Assembly (NCBI RefSeq): GCF_009914755.1
Contig: NC_060925.1
DNA: 64,000 nt
Source: the human T2T-CHM13v2.0 reference genome, Homo sapiens
Reading direction: 5' to 3' (one strand)
The notes under the pieces were generated by a model. The model searched no databases and was not told where the DNA came from. It saw nothing but the letters and a program-made list of their open reading frames with translations. Below are positions 26,996-42,335 of this stretch, piece after piece. Position 1 is the first letter of the stretch, and each line of letters begins with the position of its first letter. Position numbers and translations under genes: made by a program.

Positions 26996-27330
26996 CAGGT
27001 GGAGTACCCCTTATCTGAAATGCTTGGGACTAGAAGTGTTGAATTTTAATTTTTTTCAGAACTTGGAATATTTGCATATACATAATGAGATGTCTAGGGG
27101 ATGGTACTGAAGTCTAAACATGAAATTCATTTATGTTTAATGTATACCTTATATACATAGCCTGAAGGTAATTTTATACCATATTTTAAATAATTTTGTG
27201 CATGAAACAGTGTTGACTGCATTTGGACAGTGGCCTGACACATGAGACCACATGTGGCATTTTCTACTTGTGGCATCATCACAGAGCTCAAACGTTTCAA
27301 ATTTTAGAGTTTTGAATTGTGGATTTTCTG
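26996..27330 (+). mobile_element. Tigger4b-type DNA transposon
   Basis: ta|caggtggagtaccccttatctgaaatgcttgggactagaagtgtt…ggaatatttgcatatacataatgaga; 5' end homologous to element at 1749. Confidence 0.8.
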
Positions 27331-27945
27331 TAATAGAATTCCCAGAGAAAGGTCAAATATATAGGGTCTAGATTTACCCATCACATTAGTGCTAAGATAC
27401 CTATAGAATTGTACCTCCTGTGTCTAACTTTCTGGCCTTCAACAAGGACCTTCTGGATTGGGTTGATCTCTCTTTGCCTTCAATGGGAGTACTGCTAGCA
27501 GGATGCACTGCTGAAGTCACTCCTTGTTAGAGGGTTGGCTTTGCATCCACATTTTCTTAACCAGGCTTCCTGACCAGCCTCTGCTTTTTGTAGAATTGTT
27601 TAGCTATGTTGAGCACCAGGGAGGAGCACAGAGGCCTCTCTGGGGCAAAGACAATGAATCCCAGCCCTGAGGAAGGCCACTGTTATGCATGGAGCTCTGG
27701 GTTATAGGACCTCCATTGCCAGCACTACTTCAACCTGGCCATGTGAACATGCCCATATCAGGCTCCAGTTCCTCATTTGCCAAATAGAAGACAGTGACTA
27801 CGTAACAGGGTTTTGTGTAGATTGGGTTAGATGATTTATGTGGAAGAACTTGGTGGTACTGTACAGTATTGTAAGGTTGATTACTAGCCTGTTGCTCTAA
27901 CCTAATGAGTTGTAATACTGTGGGGGAAGGGGACTGGGAAACATT

Positions 27946-27976
<31 letters not shown>
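27946..27976. repeat. (TG)n microsatellite
   Basis: Direct reading. Confidence 0.9.
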
Positions 27977-28177
27977 GGGTAAAATAATATAAATAATCTG
28001 TCTTTCATAGTTGATGATTCTCTGGACATTGGCTAGAATCCCTTTGGATGGGGGAGAAAGATCAGTAGGAGGGGGTAGACCAGTCCGCTTGGTGTGCAAA
28101 CAGCTCTGTTCACACATCAGATGTCAGATTGGCTTGGCCTTTTATGACAGAAGCTACTTTGAGCGACACTCTTGCTG

Positions 28178-28221
28178 GTGTGTGTTTGTGTGTGTGTGCA
28201 TGCGTGCATGCATGCGTGCAT
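28178..28221. repeat. (TG)n/(TGCA)n compound microsatellite
   Basis: gtgtgtgtttgtgtgtgtgtgcatgcgtgcatgcatgcgtgcat. Confidence 0.9.
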
Positions 28222-29277
28222 CCCTTCTTGTGCTGTATCTGCATAGAAAATATAGCAAAGGTTTTGATTGAAAATTTGGAGGTGGGGAAGACTCTGTGAA
28301 TAGCACATCAACAAATAAACACACCCATGAAATAAACAGTGTTCCAAACCAAACCCACTACAACACAAACATGCAAATATGCTAAAAGCTGTGTAACCAA
28401 TAGCATGGCCCCTTTAGCTCTGAATTACAGAGCCTGGAAGAGCAGCTTGCGGATGCTCAAGATTCCAGTAATTATTCAACTAGCAGCCAGCTCCATAACT
28501 CTCAGCTGCTCCTGGGGAGATTAGGGCATATGCATATCGAGTCCAGCTCCGAGCTGTCACTGGCCATTAGAGTGCTAATGACCAACTGATTTGGCTGCCT
28601 CAATGTGGTGGAATTCCTTTTGAAAGTATTTTCTTTTTAATTGGGGAAAATACGTTTAGAGCTTTAGTAAGTACCTCATCACTGAAGCCACTGCCGTAAA
28701 ATATATAAATAGCCTATGTGAAAGTTCTGGGACATTTGTATGAATTTAGCCCATTCTAGCACACAGAATTTTACCATCCTTCATCCACCTAACCTGGAGT
28801 CTCTGATGCCTGTTGTTCCCTGAGGGCTCATAGCTACTGCTGGTATTTTGAGAATGAGTTTCAGAGCATCTTTTCAGTACTGAACTTTCTTTGTCTGAAC
28901 AGAATGCAGCCAGTTCCCTACAGTTTCCTGCTGGGGAACCCAGCTGTCTGCTGTTTTCATGTGTGTCCAGCCCAGGCATGCTGGGCTCAGCACCACATTA
29001 CTGCTTGTGGACTGAAGACTTTACAGCCTCTGCCTGTTAGTGATTGTATCTCTCCTCTGCTGTATCATTTACAGTGGAGGTGGAAGAACAATATGGGAGA
29101 ATCTGTCTTTTCTTGAGTTGGAGAAGGATTTATGTCTCCTAATCAGCAGAAAGTTAATGTAACTGGGGCATTCAGATAATGAATAGGGTGCTAATACAGG
29201 TGATCAGGGGCAGTAGCAAAGACACCCCTCAGATAATTCCCCCATGGGGCTTCTGTTTGAGTTGGACCTTTGCCATA

Positions 29278-29499
29278 CAGCAGGATTTGGCGATGTTGGC
29301 ACTGTTGACATTTTGGACTCGTTAATTCTTTGTTGTGGGAGCTCTCCTGTGTACTTAGATGTTTAACAGCGTCTCGGGCCTCTGTCTGCTAAATGTCAGT
29401 AGCATCCCCCAGAAATGACAATAAAAAATATCACCAGATAGTGCCAACTAGCCCTGGGGTGTGGAGAGAGAGGGGAATTGCACTTGGTTGAAACCACTG
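29278..29499 (+). mobile_element. MER20 (hAT-Charlie)
   Basis: ggcactgttgacattttggac…taattctttgttgtggg…gatgtttaacagc…tgacaataaaaaatatcaccaga…ggttgaaaccactg. Confidence 0.8.
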
Positions 29500-30899
29500 T
29501 TAAAGATAAAATGTCATGTTGGGTTTTGAACTGTACCTAAAAGAAGGTGTAAAAAAAAAAAGGTGGCTATAGGGCTTCAAGTTTGAAATAATGTCTATTG
29601 CCTCTGATACATCCTCACCCAACTGCCACTGTAATGTAATGTCTAGAAAACACTGAGAAAAGATGAACAAAATAAACACTGAAAAGTAGGGCTGGACTTC
29701 AGTCTGTTGTCAGAATCAATGAGAAATTTCTCTTACTTTGGCACAGAAAGCTCACTTGTCTGAAAATGCTGTCAGTGGCTTGTGCATGCTGTGCTACGAA
29801 GTCCCTCACCCTTCTTCTGCTGTCTGCCCGTCCCACCAGTTCAGAAACATAGTCTGTTGCAAGCAGAAAGGTGGGCTGCCCTTCCTTGTACAAATACAGT
29901 GTCATTGTTGCATTCCGTCCCAGCGCAATTATTGTATCCCTCTTCTCACTTCATAGACACCCCCCTTTCCACACCAATGTGGAGACTCCAATAATAATAA
30001 AATGAGTAGACAGGAAGTGGGGAACACCGGATTGGGCCATTGGGGTTCATTTCTGTGTTCCGTCTTCCGTCTTCTGCAGGTCAGCTGCAGTAGGTGAAAA
30101 TGGAGACAGGAAGGGCCCTGCTGACACATTGGGAAGGGCCATTTTAATGTGTCATGTTGGTTAATTGATCAGACAAGCAACGAATGGGATAGAGGAAAAT
30201 GTACCCTGAAGGAAGAAGCAGGATATCAGAGAATACCTGTTGGAAACTTGAAGTTGGACTAGGACTGGCATCTCGTTTTGTTCTTTGAGTGTGTTGCTTG
30301 AGGAGATTTGATTGTTGTTTAAGGAGAAACAGAACAAAGTGAAAAGCAATAAACTGTTTCCTTTACCCTTTTCAATTGAAAGAAGAACAGTTTGAGAAAC
30401 TCGAGTCATTTGAAGTTCTCCTTTATTAATTTTATAGAGAATTTTATGATTCTGGGTTTTATTGTTGTTATTGGTAATTGGATGATATAAAAATTTTTCA
30501 GTGATTTTGTCTTCTTGCTAATTAGAAATAGTGATGAAAGTATCTTTTTGTATTACAAGGCTTTTTTTTCCTTTAAACAATTGTACACATTTTGTATTTT
30601 TTTTTTTTGCTTTTCTCCATACAGACCTTTATGAGAATGGATTCATTGTATCCCGTAATTTGCTATTATAGTATGTAATGAAAATGAGATATTCATCATT
30701 GAAAATCACAGCAAAAGGCAATGTATTCCTCATTGATAGATAGCAGTTGTTGATAAATGCTAAATATGAATACATTTTACTTCATCTAAGGATTTATGTA
30801 GAGAAAATAAATAATATTTAGCCACTGAAGAAAGTTCCCACTGTAATGTAAGGGACTCATCACTCCAAGTCTCAGAGGAAAAGCAGGCCTGTGAGATGA

Positions 30900-31860
30900 T
30901 TTATTATAAATATAAAAAACAGGAAAAATATTTTAAAACTTTAGTCTCATGTGGCATATATGAAATAAGAGTAATAAGCCTTAAATAGAGGATAAGAAGG
31001 GAAGAAAAATGGAGTTAAGGGAAATAAAGCATTTCTGGAAAAACAAGGATGCAATCACATAATTAAAGTTCTCTTTGGAGAACATGAAGATCAAAAGTGA
31101 CACTTGAAAATACTCCTATGAGGAAGACAGTCTTGAGATTGTCTTCTACATTGTAGAAAAGGAGATACAAATATTGAGAGAAAATAATAAATACTAGAGA
31201 TAACTGTAAAACCTGAACAATGAGAGCAGAAGCATTAAAAAGGCCAACATAAAGAAGAAGCTGTCCTGGATTTAAAAGGACTAACCATATTACAAGCAAA
31301 ATACATAGTAGAAGGGGCTGGGCACAGTGGCTAATGCCTGTAATCCCAGCACTTTGGGAGGCCGAGGCAGGTGAATCACCTGAGATCAGGAGTTTGAGAC
31401 CAGCCTGGCCAACATGGTGAAACCCCGTCTCTACCAAAAATACAAAAATTAGCCGAGTGAGGTGGTGGACTTCTGTAATCCCAACTATTCAGGAGGCTGA
31501 GGCAGGAGAATTGCTTGAACCTGGGAGGCAGAGGCTATAGTGAGCCAAGATTGCACCACTGTACTCCAGCCTGCGTGACAGAGGAGGACCCTGTCTGGAA
31601 AAAAGAAAATCACAGAAAGAGAGCTATGTGGAGGCACATTCTGCTGTAATTTTTGAATTATGGAACAAAAGAAAAAGGTACACAAGGATCCACACAAGAG
31701 ACAAGGGTTACTTAGGAAGAGAAAAAAGGTGTAGGACATCTGCCTGGCAATACCTCAGGCCAAAAAAACAGTGGAACAAGGCCTATTGAGTACTGAGAGG
31801 GAAAGACTATGATTCAAGAATTTTATATCCAGTTAAATTGTTTTAGTGTTTGAAGCCAAC
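30900..31860 (+). mobile_element. Very old L1 (ORF1-region) relic interrupted by Alu
   Basis: A-rich strand bias; agaattttatatccagttaaattg resembles L1 ORF1 RILYPAKL motif. Confidence 0.55.
31316..31609 (+). mobile_element. AluS
   Basis: Full Alu consensus (cacctgagatcaggagtttgagaccagcctggccaacatggtg). Confidence 0.94.
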
Positions 31861-32964
31861 TGAACGACTTCTCTAAAAATGCTTTAGGGTGCCTGCCCTG
31901 GACAAGCCCTCTTCTCACAGAATAGTCTTGACCTGGAAGGACCTATGGAGTAGGAAGGCCTTTGAGCCCAGGTGGCCTTGCCATCTCCTGCTAAAGTGGT
32001 AGGAGTAGGAGTGGCCATCCCTCAGAAGTAACCTGCGATTTAAGATCTGGTAAACAGGGATGAGGTGGGCCAGCTAGATTCTTCTTCGAGGATTTTGGGA
32101 TAGAGAAAATGTTGCAGTTGGTTTTGAGGACTCGAGGTAGAGAGTCACAGAGATGGGGGTGTTGTCAGCGGCTCCCCAGTCTGGCAATGTGTAAACTGAT
32201 ATTGCAGAGGGCCAGAAGCTACGAGGAGGCAGGGATGCTGAGTGGGGTCAGAGAGGAGCAGAGAAGCCACACACAGAGACAGGGCAGCTGTTTCAGTGCC
32301 TTTTTTGTGCTCACGAAGCCCTGTCATCCTTTGAATTTTGTCCTGTGTCCTTCCAGTAAATCCTCCTGGATATGAGAGTGTGTATCTGTTCCTTCCACTC
32401 AAGAAAAGTTCTTCCTACAAGGGCATTCTCAGATCATCAAGGGCTTATGAAGCATGCCACCTGGCAGCCTTTAATTGAAAACATTGCTTGAAGTACACTA
32501 AAAATTATAAATCAAATAATAAAGAAGTGCGAAGGGATTGGATTGCTCTGTGGGACTCTCAGTAGGCTTAATACCTAATTTCTGCCTAAAGTCCTGAGGA
32601 GACTGGTCACCCAATAGCCACCCTGATGACTTGGTTACTCTAGTGACATAGAAGATGGCCGAGGGCTTGGTATTTCTTTTCACAATAGCATCTGGATGAA
32701 ACTAAAAAGTAAAGAATGTTGTTAGGGATTGTTATTCTCAATTTAGGCAATAATCCTGTAATCTGACATAAAAGATGTTCCGCAACAGCTTTTCTCCCAG
32801 GTAGCATTTATCATCAGAATTATAATTGCAGTTTAATATAGTGACAACAATGTAGCAAATATGAACATTCATACAATGTTGCCTTGAGAGAAAACTGGGG
32901 AAAAAATACCAAAATATTATGTGGTTTTCTTTGGTGGTAGTAAATAGGAGATTTTTTCCCTCTT

Positions 32965-33051
32965 ACACACACACACACACACACACGCACACACATGCAC
33001 ACACACGCACACACACATGCACACACACACACACGCTCTCTCTCTCTCTCT
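32965..33051. repeat. Compound (CA)n then (CT)n microsatellite
   Basis: ~72 bp interrupted CA repeat followed by (CT)8. Confidence 0.92.
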
Positions 33052-33148
33052 AACTCACCCTCATAGACATACACATAGTGTGTATAAAAATATATATATA
33101 TAGAAAACACACACTATGTGTATGTTTGCTTCAATGAGTAGTTATTGA

Positions 33149-33320
33149 TTTTTTTTTTTTAAGACATGAGGTCTTGCTACATTGTCCAGGTTGGAGTGCA
33201 GTGGCTATTCACAGGTGCAATAATAGCACACGACAGTTTAGAACTCCTGGGCTCAAGTTATCCTCCCCTGCTTAGGTTCCCAAGTAGCTGGAACTACAGG
33301 TGTGCCTCACCACACCCAGC
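33149..33320 (-). mobile_element. FAM (fossil Alu monomer, 7SL-derived)
   Basis: Retains 7SL segment gagtgcagtggctattcacaggtgc absent from dimeric Alus. Confidence 0.8.
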
Positions 33321-33351
33321 TTAATTTTATATTTAAATAAAGTATTGCTTT

Positions 33352-33652
<301 letters not shown>

Positions 33653-33957
33653 AAGTATTGCTTTTTAAATGAAAAAATATAAGACAATATATTTTTATTT
33701 TATATTAAAAAAATAGAGACAATACTGAGCAATGTTTCTGAATGAAACCACAATAATGACTTACTAAGAACATCCTGTGCATGGAGTATCATGTTTAGCC
33801 ACTTGACCAGCATTGTGTCCCCAAATCTTCCTGTGAATCCAATAGACTGTGGGGTTTTGCCATTTTCTAAATGAGGGGAGACAAGCTCTTTGAGGGTAAA
33901 GGCTTAACAAAGTCTCACAGGCAGACATAAAGCTTGACTGCTCTAGAAAAGAATACC

Positions 33958-34268
33958 AGCCAGCTGCGGTGGCTCACGCCTGTAATCCTAGCACTTTGGG
34001 AGGCTGAGGCGGCAGATCACTTGAGGTCAGGAGTTTGAGACTAGCCTGGCCAACATGATGAAACCCCGTCTCTACTAAAAATACAAAAATTAGCTGGGTG
34101 TGGTGGCGCGTGCCTGTAATCCCAGCTCCTTAGGAGGGTAAGGCAGGAGAATCACTTGAACCCGGGAGGCGGAGGTTGCAGTGAGCTGAGATTGTGCCAC
34201 TGCACTACAGCCTGGGTGACAGAGTGAGACTCCATCTCAAAAAACAAACAAAAAACAAAACAACAGAA
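33958..34268 (+). mobile_element. AluS (Sx/Sz-like)
   Basis: Full length; TSD agaaaagaata. Confidence 0.94.
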
Positions 34269-35026
34269 AGAAAAGAATATCTACATTCACAGGGAACTTC
34301 AGAGGTTTAGGTGGAATGTCAGCATCCCCCCTGGTCTCCTGGTCTGAATGACTCAGCTGAGGGCCTGGGAACGATTTGCTGTCTGCCCAGTGCCCCAGGC
34401 CGACAATGTGAGTGTGGCCTCTCCCTTGGAGAATGTTTCTGCACTGGCCAGGGAGTTCATCAGCGTCAGCGCTTATTCCAGGGAATGTCTGTGACAAGGG
34501 TCTGAATGGGGGATAACTGGCCAGTTGGTGGATTCATCTCCTCCTTCCTTCTGCTTTCTCTTTTCCTCTCCCTTGATGTCCCTTTGGCTGTTTTCCCCAT
34601 CTCCAACCCTGCTTTTTGAATGACAAAGGAAAGTGAAATTCAAACTGTTTCAAGATGAGAGACAGGAAGTTGTCACTATTGACAGACGACAACCTACGTA
34701 TCCTTATAGGTCTTGATTACTCTTTCTCCATCTGCCTGCCTCTCCCACCTCTGGGCAGGGAATAAATAGGTAGGGGTGGGAGGTTGGCCTCCAACTGCCC
34801 AAATTTCTTGCTGTCACCTAAACTGTTACCCCTGGCTTACCAGGGACATGGTCATCCCTCTGGTGTATTTCAAAACACATTTTGATTTCTTTACAATTCA
34901 GCAAATGCCTTAGTTTCTTTTCCTGTTTCTGTCATAGCAGTGTTAGGTTTAGGAAATAAGTAAAATTTGGACAGTTTTTGCCGCATCAGTGTTTTAGTTA
35001 AAAAAAAAAAAATATATATATATATT

Positions 35027-35330
35027 GGTTGGATGCAGTGGCTTGCCCCTGTAATCCCAGCACTTCGGGAGGCTGAGTTGGGAGGATTGCTTGAGGCCAG
35101 GAGTTGAAGACTGGCCTGGGCAATATAGTGAGACTCCATCTCTATAAAATAAAATAAAATATTAGCCAATCATGGTGGTGTGCACCTGTAGTTCCAGCCA
35201 CTCAGGAGGCTGAGGTGGGAGGATAGCTTGAGCCCAGGAGCTCAAGGCTGTGGTGAGCTAGGATCAACCACTGCACTCCAGTCTGGTTGACAGAGTGAGA
35301 CCCTGTCTCTGAAAAAACAAAAATAAAATA
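35027..35330 (+). mobile_element. AluJ
   Basis: ggaggattgcttgaggccaggag; ggatagcttgagcccaggag. Confidence 0.92.
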
Positions 35331-35943
35331 ATATTGTCTTAAATCATATTAAGTATACGTGTTGTATATATGTTATACATATATGGATATATTTATGTGT
35401 CTGTATATATTTTGATTGTTTGATTGTTTTACATTTGCAAAAGGTTTAGGGGCTGATCTCAGAGCTGTTTGCCAACAGAGGTAGATTAATATGGCACCGC
35501 TGTTCACAGACAGGCATCATGGGGAGAACTGCATTTGCTTCATTGTAATGACCACAGTTAAGCAAAGCTTTTGATTTTCTTTTTCTGAAGCCTTTATGGA
35601 ACGTTAGTCCTGCCAAGAAAGCGAAAACACATTTAGTGAGTTTGTAATCAGGAGCTGATGGAATAGCCTTTAAAAAAGCAGACATTTTTAAAAAAAGAAA
35701 TTCAGCTAATTTCATAAATGTGGGTTAACAGAGGCAGGGAAGTTAGGGGAGGATATAGGAAGGGTAAATTTCATCAGTAGGATGGTTTGGCATGCTTTCT
35801 CTGAATTTTTTTTTCCTCTAATTTTTCTCTGAAAAATTAATAATGCTCCAGGGTGTTTTTCTTTTTTTTTTTCCTTCTTTTTCTGTGAAAAATTAAGGGA
35901 ATTGTTCAAATAATCTCTCTTCACTCTTTAAAAACTCATGTCT

Positions 35944-36106
35944 GGCTGAGCTTGGTGACTTGCACCTGTAATCCCAGCATTCTGAGAGGCTGAGCCAAGA
36001 GAATTGCTTGAAGCCAGTAGTTTGAGACCAGGAGTTCAAGCCTGCAGTGAGCTGTGATTGTGTCACTGCACTCCAGTCTGGGCCATAGAGTGAGACCCTG
36101 CCTCAA
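35944..36106 (+). mobile_element. Monomer-length Alu (FRAM-like or internally deleted)
   Basis: Alu head joined to ccaggagttcaagcctgcagtgagc…gagaccctgcctcaa, almost no tail. Confidence 0.8.
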
Positions 36107-36835
36107 CCCTCCCCACCCCTTCAAAAGACTTCACGTGTTTTGAATTTTAATTTTTCCAAATTTTTCTTTGAATTCATTTTTGGGGCTCTCATTGTTTCTT
36201 CATAGGACCCTTCCAAAGGCCTTCCTGCTATGCTCTGTATTATTGCCTACATTCTTTTGCCTCTAAGTCCATCCTTTCCATGAACTCCTTACCTTAACAG
36301 AGCATGGATGAGAATCTAGCAACATCCTCAGAAACCTTGGTAGCTCCTCTCTGCCCATAGGGATAAATTCATCGAGGCCTCATATCCAGTCCCAGCTCAC
36401 CTTTCCAGCCCTATTTTTCTACCCTCACTGTCTCCACCTTCCACATAATCTAGATAGCTGAAGCAGTTCTTGGTCCCAGAACACACTGTTGACTTTTCTG
36501 TTCTCTGCCCTTGGGTTGCAGGTGGCCTGTGAGCTGTCTGTAAGATCCAAGATCTGTCTGTTTCGGGGTCTTTGGCCCTCTCAAACACTAGACCCTAAGA
36601 AAAGACTCTTTATTTTCTGCAACAGATGGAGAAGGAAATGGTATGCACTGCCCGTGCCCTCTATTCACCCACTGCTGGTCCTGAGGTGTGGGAATCTCTC
36701 AAGCTCTAGGCATCGCCACTGGGAGGGGATGTAGCTGGTGATATGTACAGTTTTAGTGACTTTTGACTATATGGATTCCTGTCAAGGGACCTTGTCAAGT
36801 ATCTTTACCTAGAGAAAGTTAGAAGGGTTTAATAA

Positions 36836-38500
<1,665 letters not shown>

Positions 38501-38649
38501 ATGAGGAAGGGCATTTACTTTGTTCATGCTATTTTCATACTACAGCTTTTTTCCTCCTTCTACTTAACATTTAGTCTAAGCATCCCTTTAGATGACACTA
38601 TGCTGTTTCTCACCAGCCAGAATTAATTACTCTGTGCTTCAGCTGGTCA

Positions 38650-39400
38650 ATTCAGCTAACATTCTTTCAGTGTCTACTACATGCCAGGCAACACACTGGG
38701 CCTTGGAGACATAAAAATGGGAAAGACAGTGTCCCTGATACAAAGTGGCCCATAGTTTACCTGAATGTGATGTATTTGAATGCCATACCAGGAATCTGAA
38801 TAAAGTGATGGGAAAATACAGAAGCAGGACCATCCACTTGGCCTGAGGAAGCCATGAAACATTTCAGGGAACGTGATCCAGGGGCTGGACTTGAAGGTTG
38901 GCATGTGATTCCACCAGGCATGGAAGATGGAGGAGAAGGGAACTGCTGAGGAGGAAGCAGCTGGCACAGAGGTGCAGAGGTGGAAGATGAGTGCATGCTT
39001 GGAAAGATGGTGGTCCAGTGTGGCTGGGATGGTTAGGTCCACCGGGAGGTAAGAGGAGACACTGGGTTGTGGAGAGGCCAGGAAGGTGGGACCTTATCCT
39101 GTCTGGCATGAGGAACCTCCACATGGCTTTAAGCACGGGCTTAACAGCATCAGATTTCATTTTTAAAATGATAACCCAGCACTTGTGTGGAGAGCGTATG
39201 GCAGCTGGTGGTGGTGAGGATGGAGGCACAGAGAAAAGCAAGGCAGTGGTTGCAGTGACCTGGGCTATGAAGGAGCAGAGCCTGAAGCTTCACTGTGAAA
39301 GTGGGAATGGGGAGGTTGGGATGATTTGAGAGAAGGCCTCAAAGTCCAAGCGACAGACTTGATAATGAAGCCTGGGTGGGGAAGAATGTGGGGAGAGTGG
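38650..39400 (+). mobile_element. L2 remnant (opposite orientation to 37250-38500)
   Basis: gtgtctactacatgccaggcaacac…; catcagatttcatttttaaaatgataac…gcagtggttgcagtgacc. Confidence 0.65.
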
Positions 39401-39515
39401 AGACAGAACAGCTTGGGGTTTTTGGTCGGGTGAAGTGACAGATTGTGATGAACTGGGGCCATCACCAGGGCCTCTCTGGACCCTTTCAAATGGTCTCAGA
39501 TGGCGTTAGTGGTTA

Positions 39516-40103
<588 letters not shown>

Positions 40104-41153
40104 AATCTAGTTACTGTTTAGTCTCTAAAACATATTGGACACCATTTTGTGCATAACACTGAGTTGGGAGCTGTGAGGAAGATGATTAAATGAGTCATGA
40201 AAATCTCATTTCTTCCAAAGGCTCTGGGAATTCAGACTTCCGAATTTCCCTCCGCATAGCTTTAATTTATACATTTGACCAAGTCCTCCTGTGACTCCAG
40301 AACCTCACCGAACAACCTATTTCTGTCTGCCTGTACTGAATCTGGAGTATCTGAGCAGATGTGTTACCCCAGCCAGGTGGACATCTTAAGTGTGTGTGTA
40401 CACAGCAGAGCAGATTAACTTTGGAACAATGAATGGCATTAAAAAGTCAAAACAGAACAATTTTCATGTAGGGTGGGTATAAACAACTGTATAATAAGGT
40501 GGTGTTTATAGGAAACAGTCCAAGAAGGTCTTGGGGAAAACTCTGAGATAATTGCATGATTTCCTCTCTTATTTCATACCCGACTATAGTCACTGACCCA
40601 GCAGTGATGGACTGTCCTCAGAGTCGCCATTGTCTTATGGAACATTTCTGTTCTGCTGTCAGTGCTCACTGTGGGCACCAAGGCAGAGGAAAATTGGGGA
40701 AAGCACCGAAGAACACCTAGGAAAAGGGCCAGACCCAATTACCAAGGCTGAGCCAACAACTGTCTGGTCTGACCTTGGCCTATGTTAATGTCCTGGACAA
40801 GGCCCAGTGCTTTAAGGGTGCGTTGTTGGAGGTGATACAAGGACTAACTAAAACAGTAGCTGCTTTAAAATGTTGTATCCCCAGAGTCTACAAGGCCTGG
40901 AAAATAGTAGGTGTTTAATAAGTGTTTGTAAGTTGTTTGAATGAATTAATGAAGAACAAATTGATGAATGGATGAATCAGGTTCCAAGCCACAGATCTGG
41001 AGTAGGAACCAGGAGACTTAGGGGAGCTCATGAGGCAAGTGGTAAAGAAGGTGGGGACAGGCACCCAGATGTGGCTTGATGCTCCTGCTGTGCCAGGGCT
41101 CTGGCCCTCCTTGGTGCATGGAGAATTAGGTAACAGGCTAGTTACCTAATTAT

Positions 41154-41390
41154 TTGATTCATAATTTGATTAGAACTTGCACAGAAATTTAAGTTGGATC
41201 TCCGTGAAGAAGGAAATCACTGGACTTGTTAATGGTATTAATTGAAAATTACAGAAGCATATGGAATTCCTGTTAAGAAGGTAGATCACGGCCCCTCAGC
41301 AGTAGTCACGCTGGTTGTGATGAGGGCATATTTATTTTATCTGCCTATTAAGGCAGGTCCCGAAGTGCCTGTATTTGGCATTATTCCAAT
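41154..41390 (+). repeat. Copy 2 of ~236-bp direct repeat, flanked by inverted/direct GTTACCTAAT motifs
   Basis: As for copy 1; flanks 41124-41151 and 41393-41404. Confidence 0.95.
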
Positions 41391-41489
41391 TGCTGTTACC
41401 TAATGCCTAATAGACCCTGCTCACTGGGGGAAAAGTATTCTGAAGTTTACTGCCAGGCTCATGGGTTCAGCCAGGGCAGGGCTTCTCAG

Positions 41490-41720
41490 ATGGCAGTGCA
41501 GTGCAGCAGTTCTTAAGAACATGGATTCTGGAGCCTGGCTCCCAGCTTCCATTCTTGGCTCTGCCACTTACTACTTTGGACAAGTTGCCTAATCTCTCTG
41601 TGCCTCAGTTTGCTCACCTGTAAAATTGGGATAATAACGGCATTTACCTTGTAGGGTTGTTGTGAGGATCAAATGGCATAACACATGTAAAGCTCTAAGG
41701 TAGGCATGATTGTTGTTTTT
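41490..41720 (+). mobile_element. MIR
   Basis: ggctctgccacttactactttggacaagttgcctaatctctctgtgcctcagtttgctcacctgtaaaattgggataata. Confidence 0.85.
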
Positions 41721-42216
41721 GTTATTTGTAATTGTTTTTATTACTGTGGGTGAGGAAAGAATGATCAGATGTTGTCTGTTTTTCAGTTTAGGTTTCTATA
41801 ATGAAGGGTTGGTATTGAGCCATTGGCAATAAAGCCTTTTAGGAAATGCATTTTGTCAGTTACCTGTGAAGGATGGATTGGCAGAGTGTGGTATTGTGGG
41901 GAGGTTTATATTCAGAGTCCATGGTTCTCTGAAGTCTAGGGTAAGCTGGCAGGACTTCCTGAATTCCTGAAATTATAAGAAGAAGAGTGTGCAAAGGGGT
42001 GAGAATCCATAGTTCTAGTCAGTCAGTGCTCAAAGGCCATTTGATGGGAAGACATCCATATGCCTACAGGGTCTGGTAATAAGGAGACCTGAGTTTTAGG
42101 TTCACCATTTACTTGGAAGAGTTGTGGGCAATTTAGACTTCATTTTTTCCTCTTTGTAAAGTGAGCAGAATAATACATCTCTGTTTACCATATGGCATTA
42201 TGATAGGATAAAAATA

Positions 42217-42335
42217 AGCTGGGTACAGTGGTGTACGCCTGTAGTCCCAGCTACTTGGGAGGCTGTGGTAGGAGGATGGCTTGAGCCCGGGAGTTTAAGG
42301 CCAGCCTGGGCAACATAGCAAGAACCCATCTCAAA
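42217..42335 (+). mobile_element. FLAM monomer inserted in MIR
   Basis: gctgggtacagtggtgtacgcctgtagtcccagctac…ggccagcctgggcaacatagcaaga. Confidence 0.85.
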
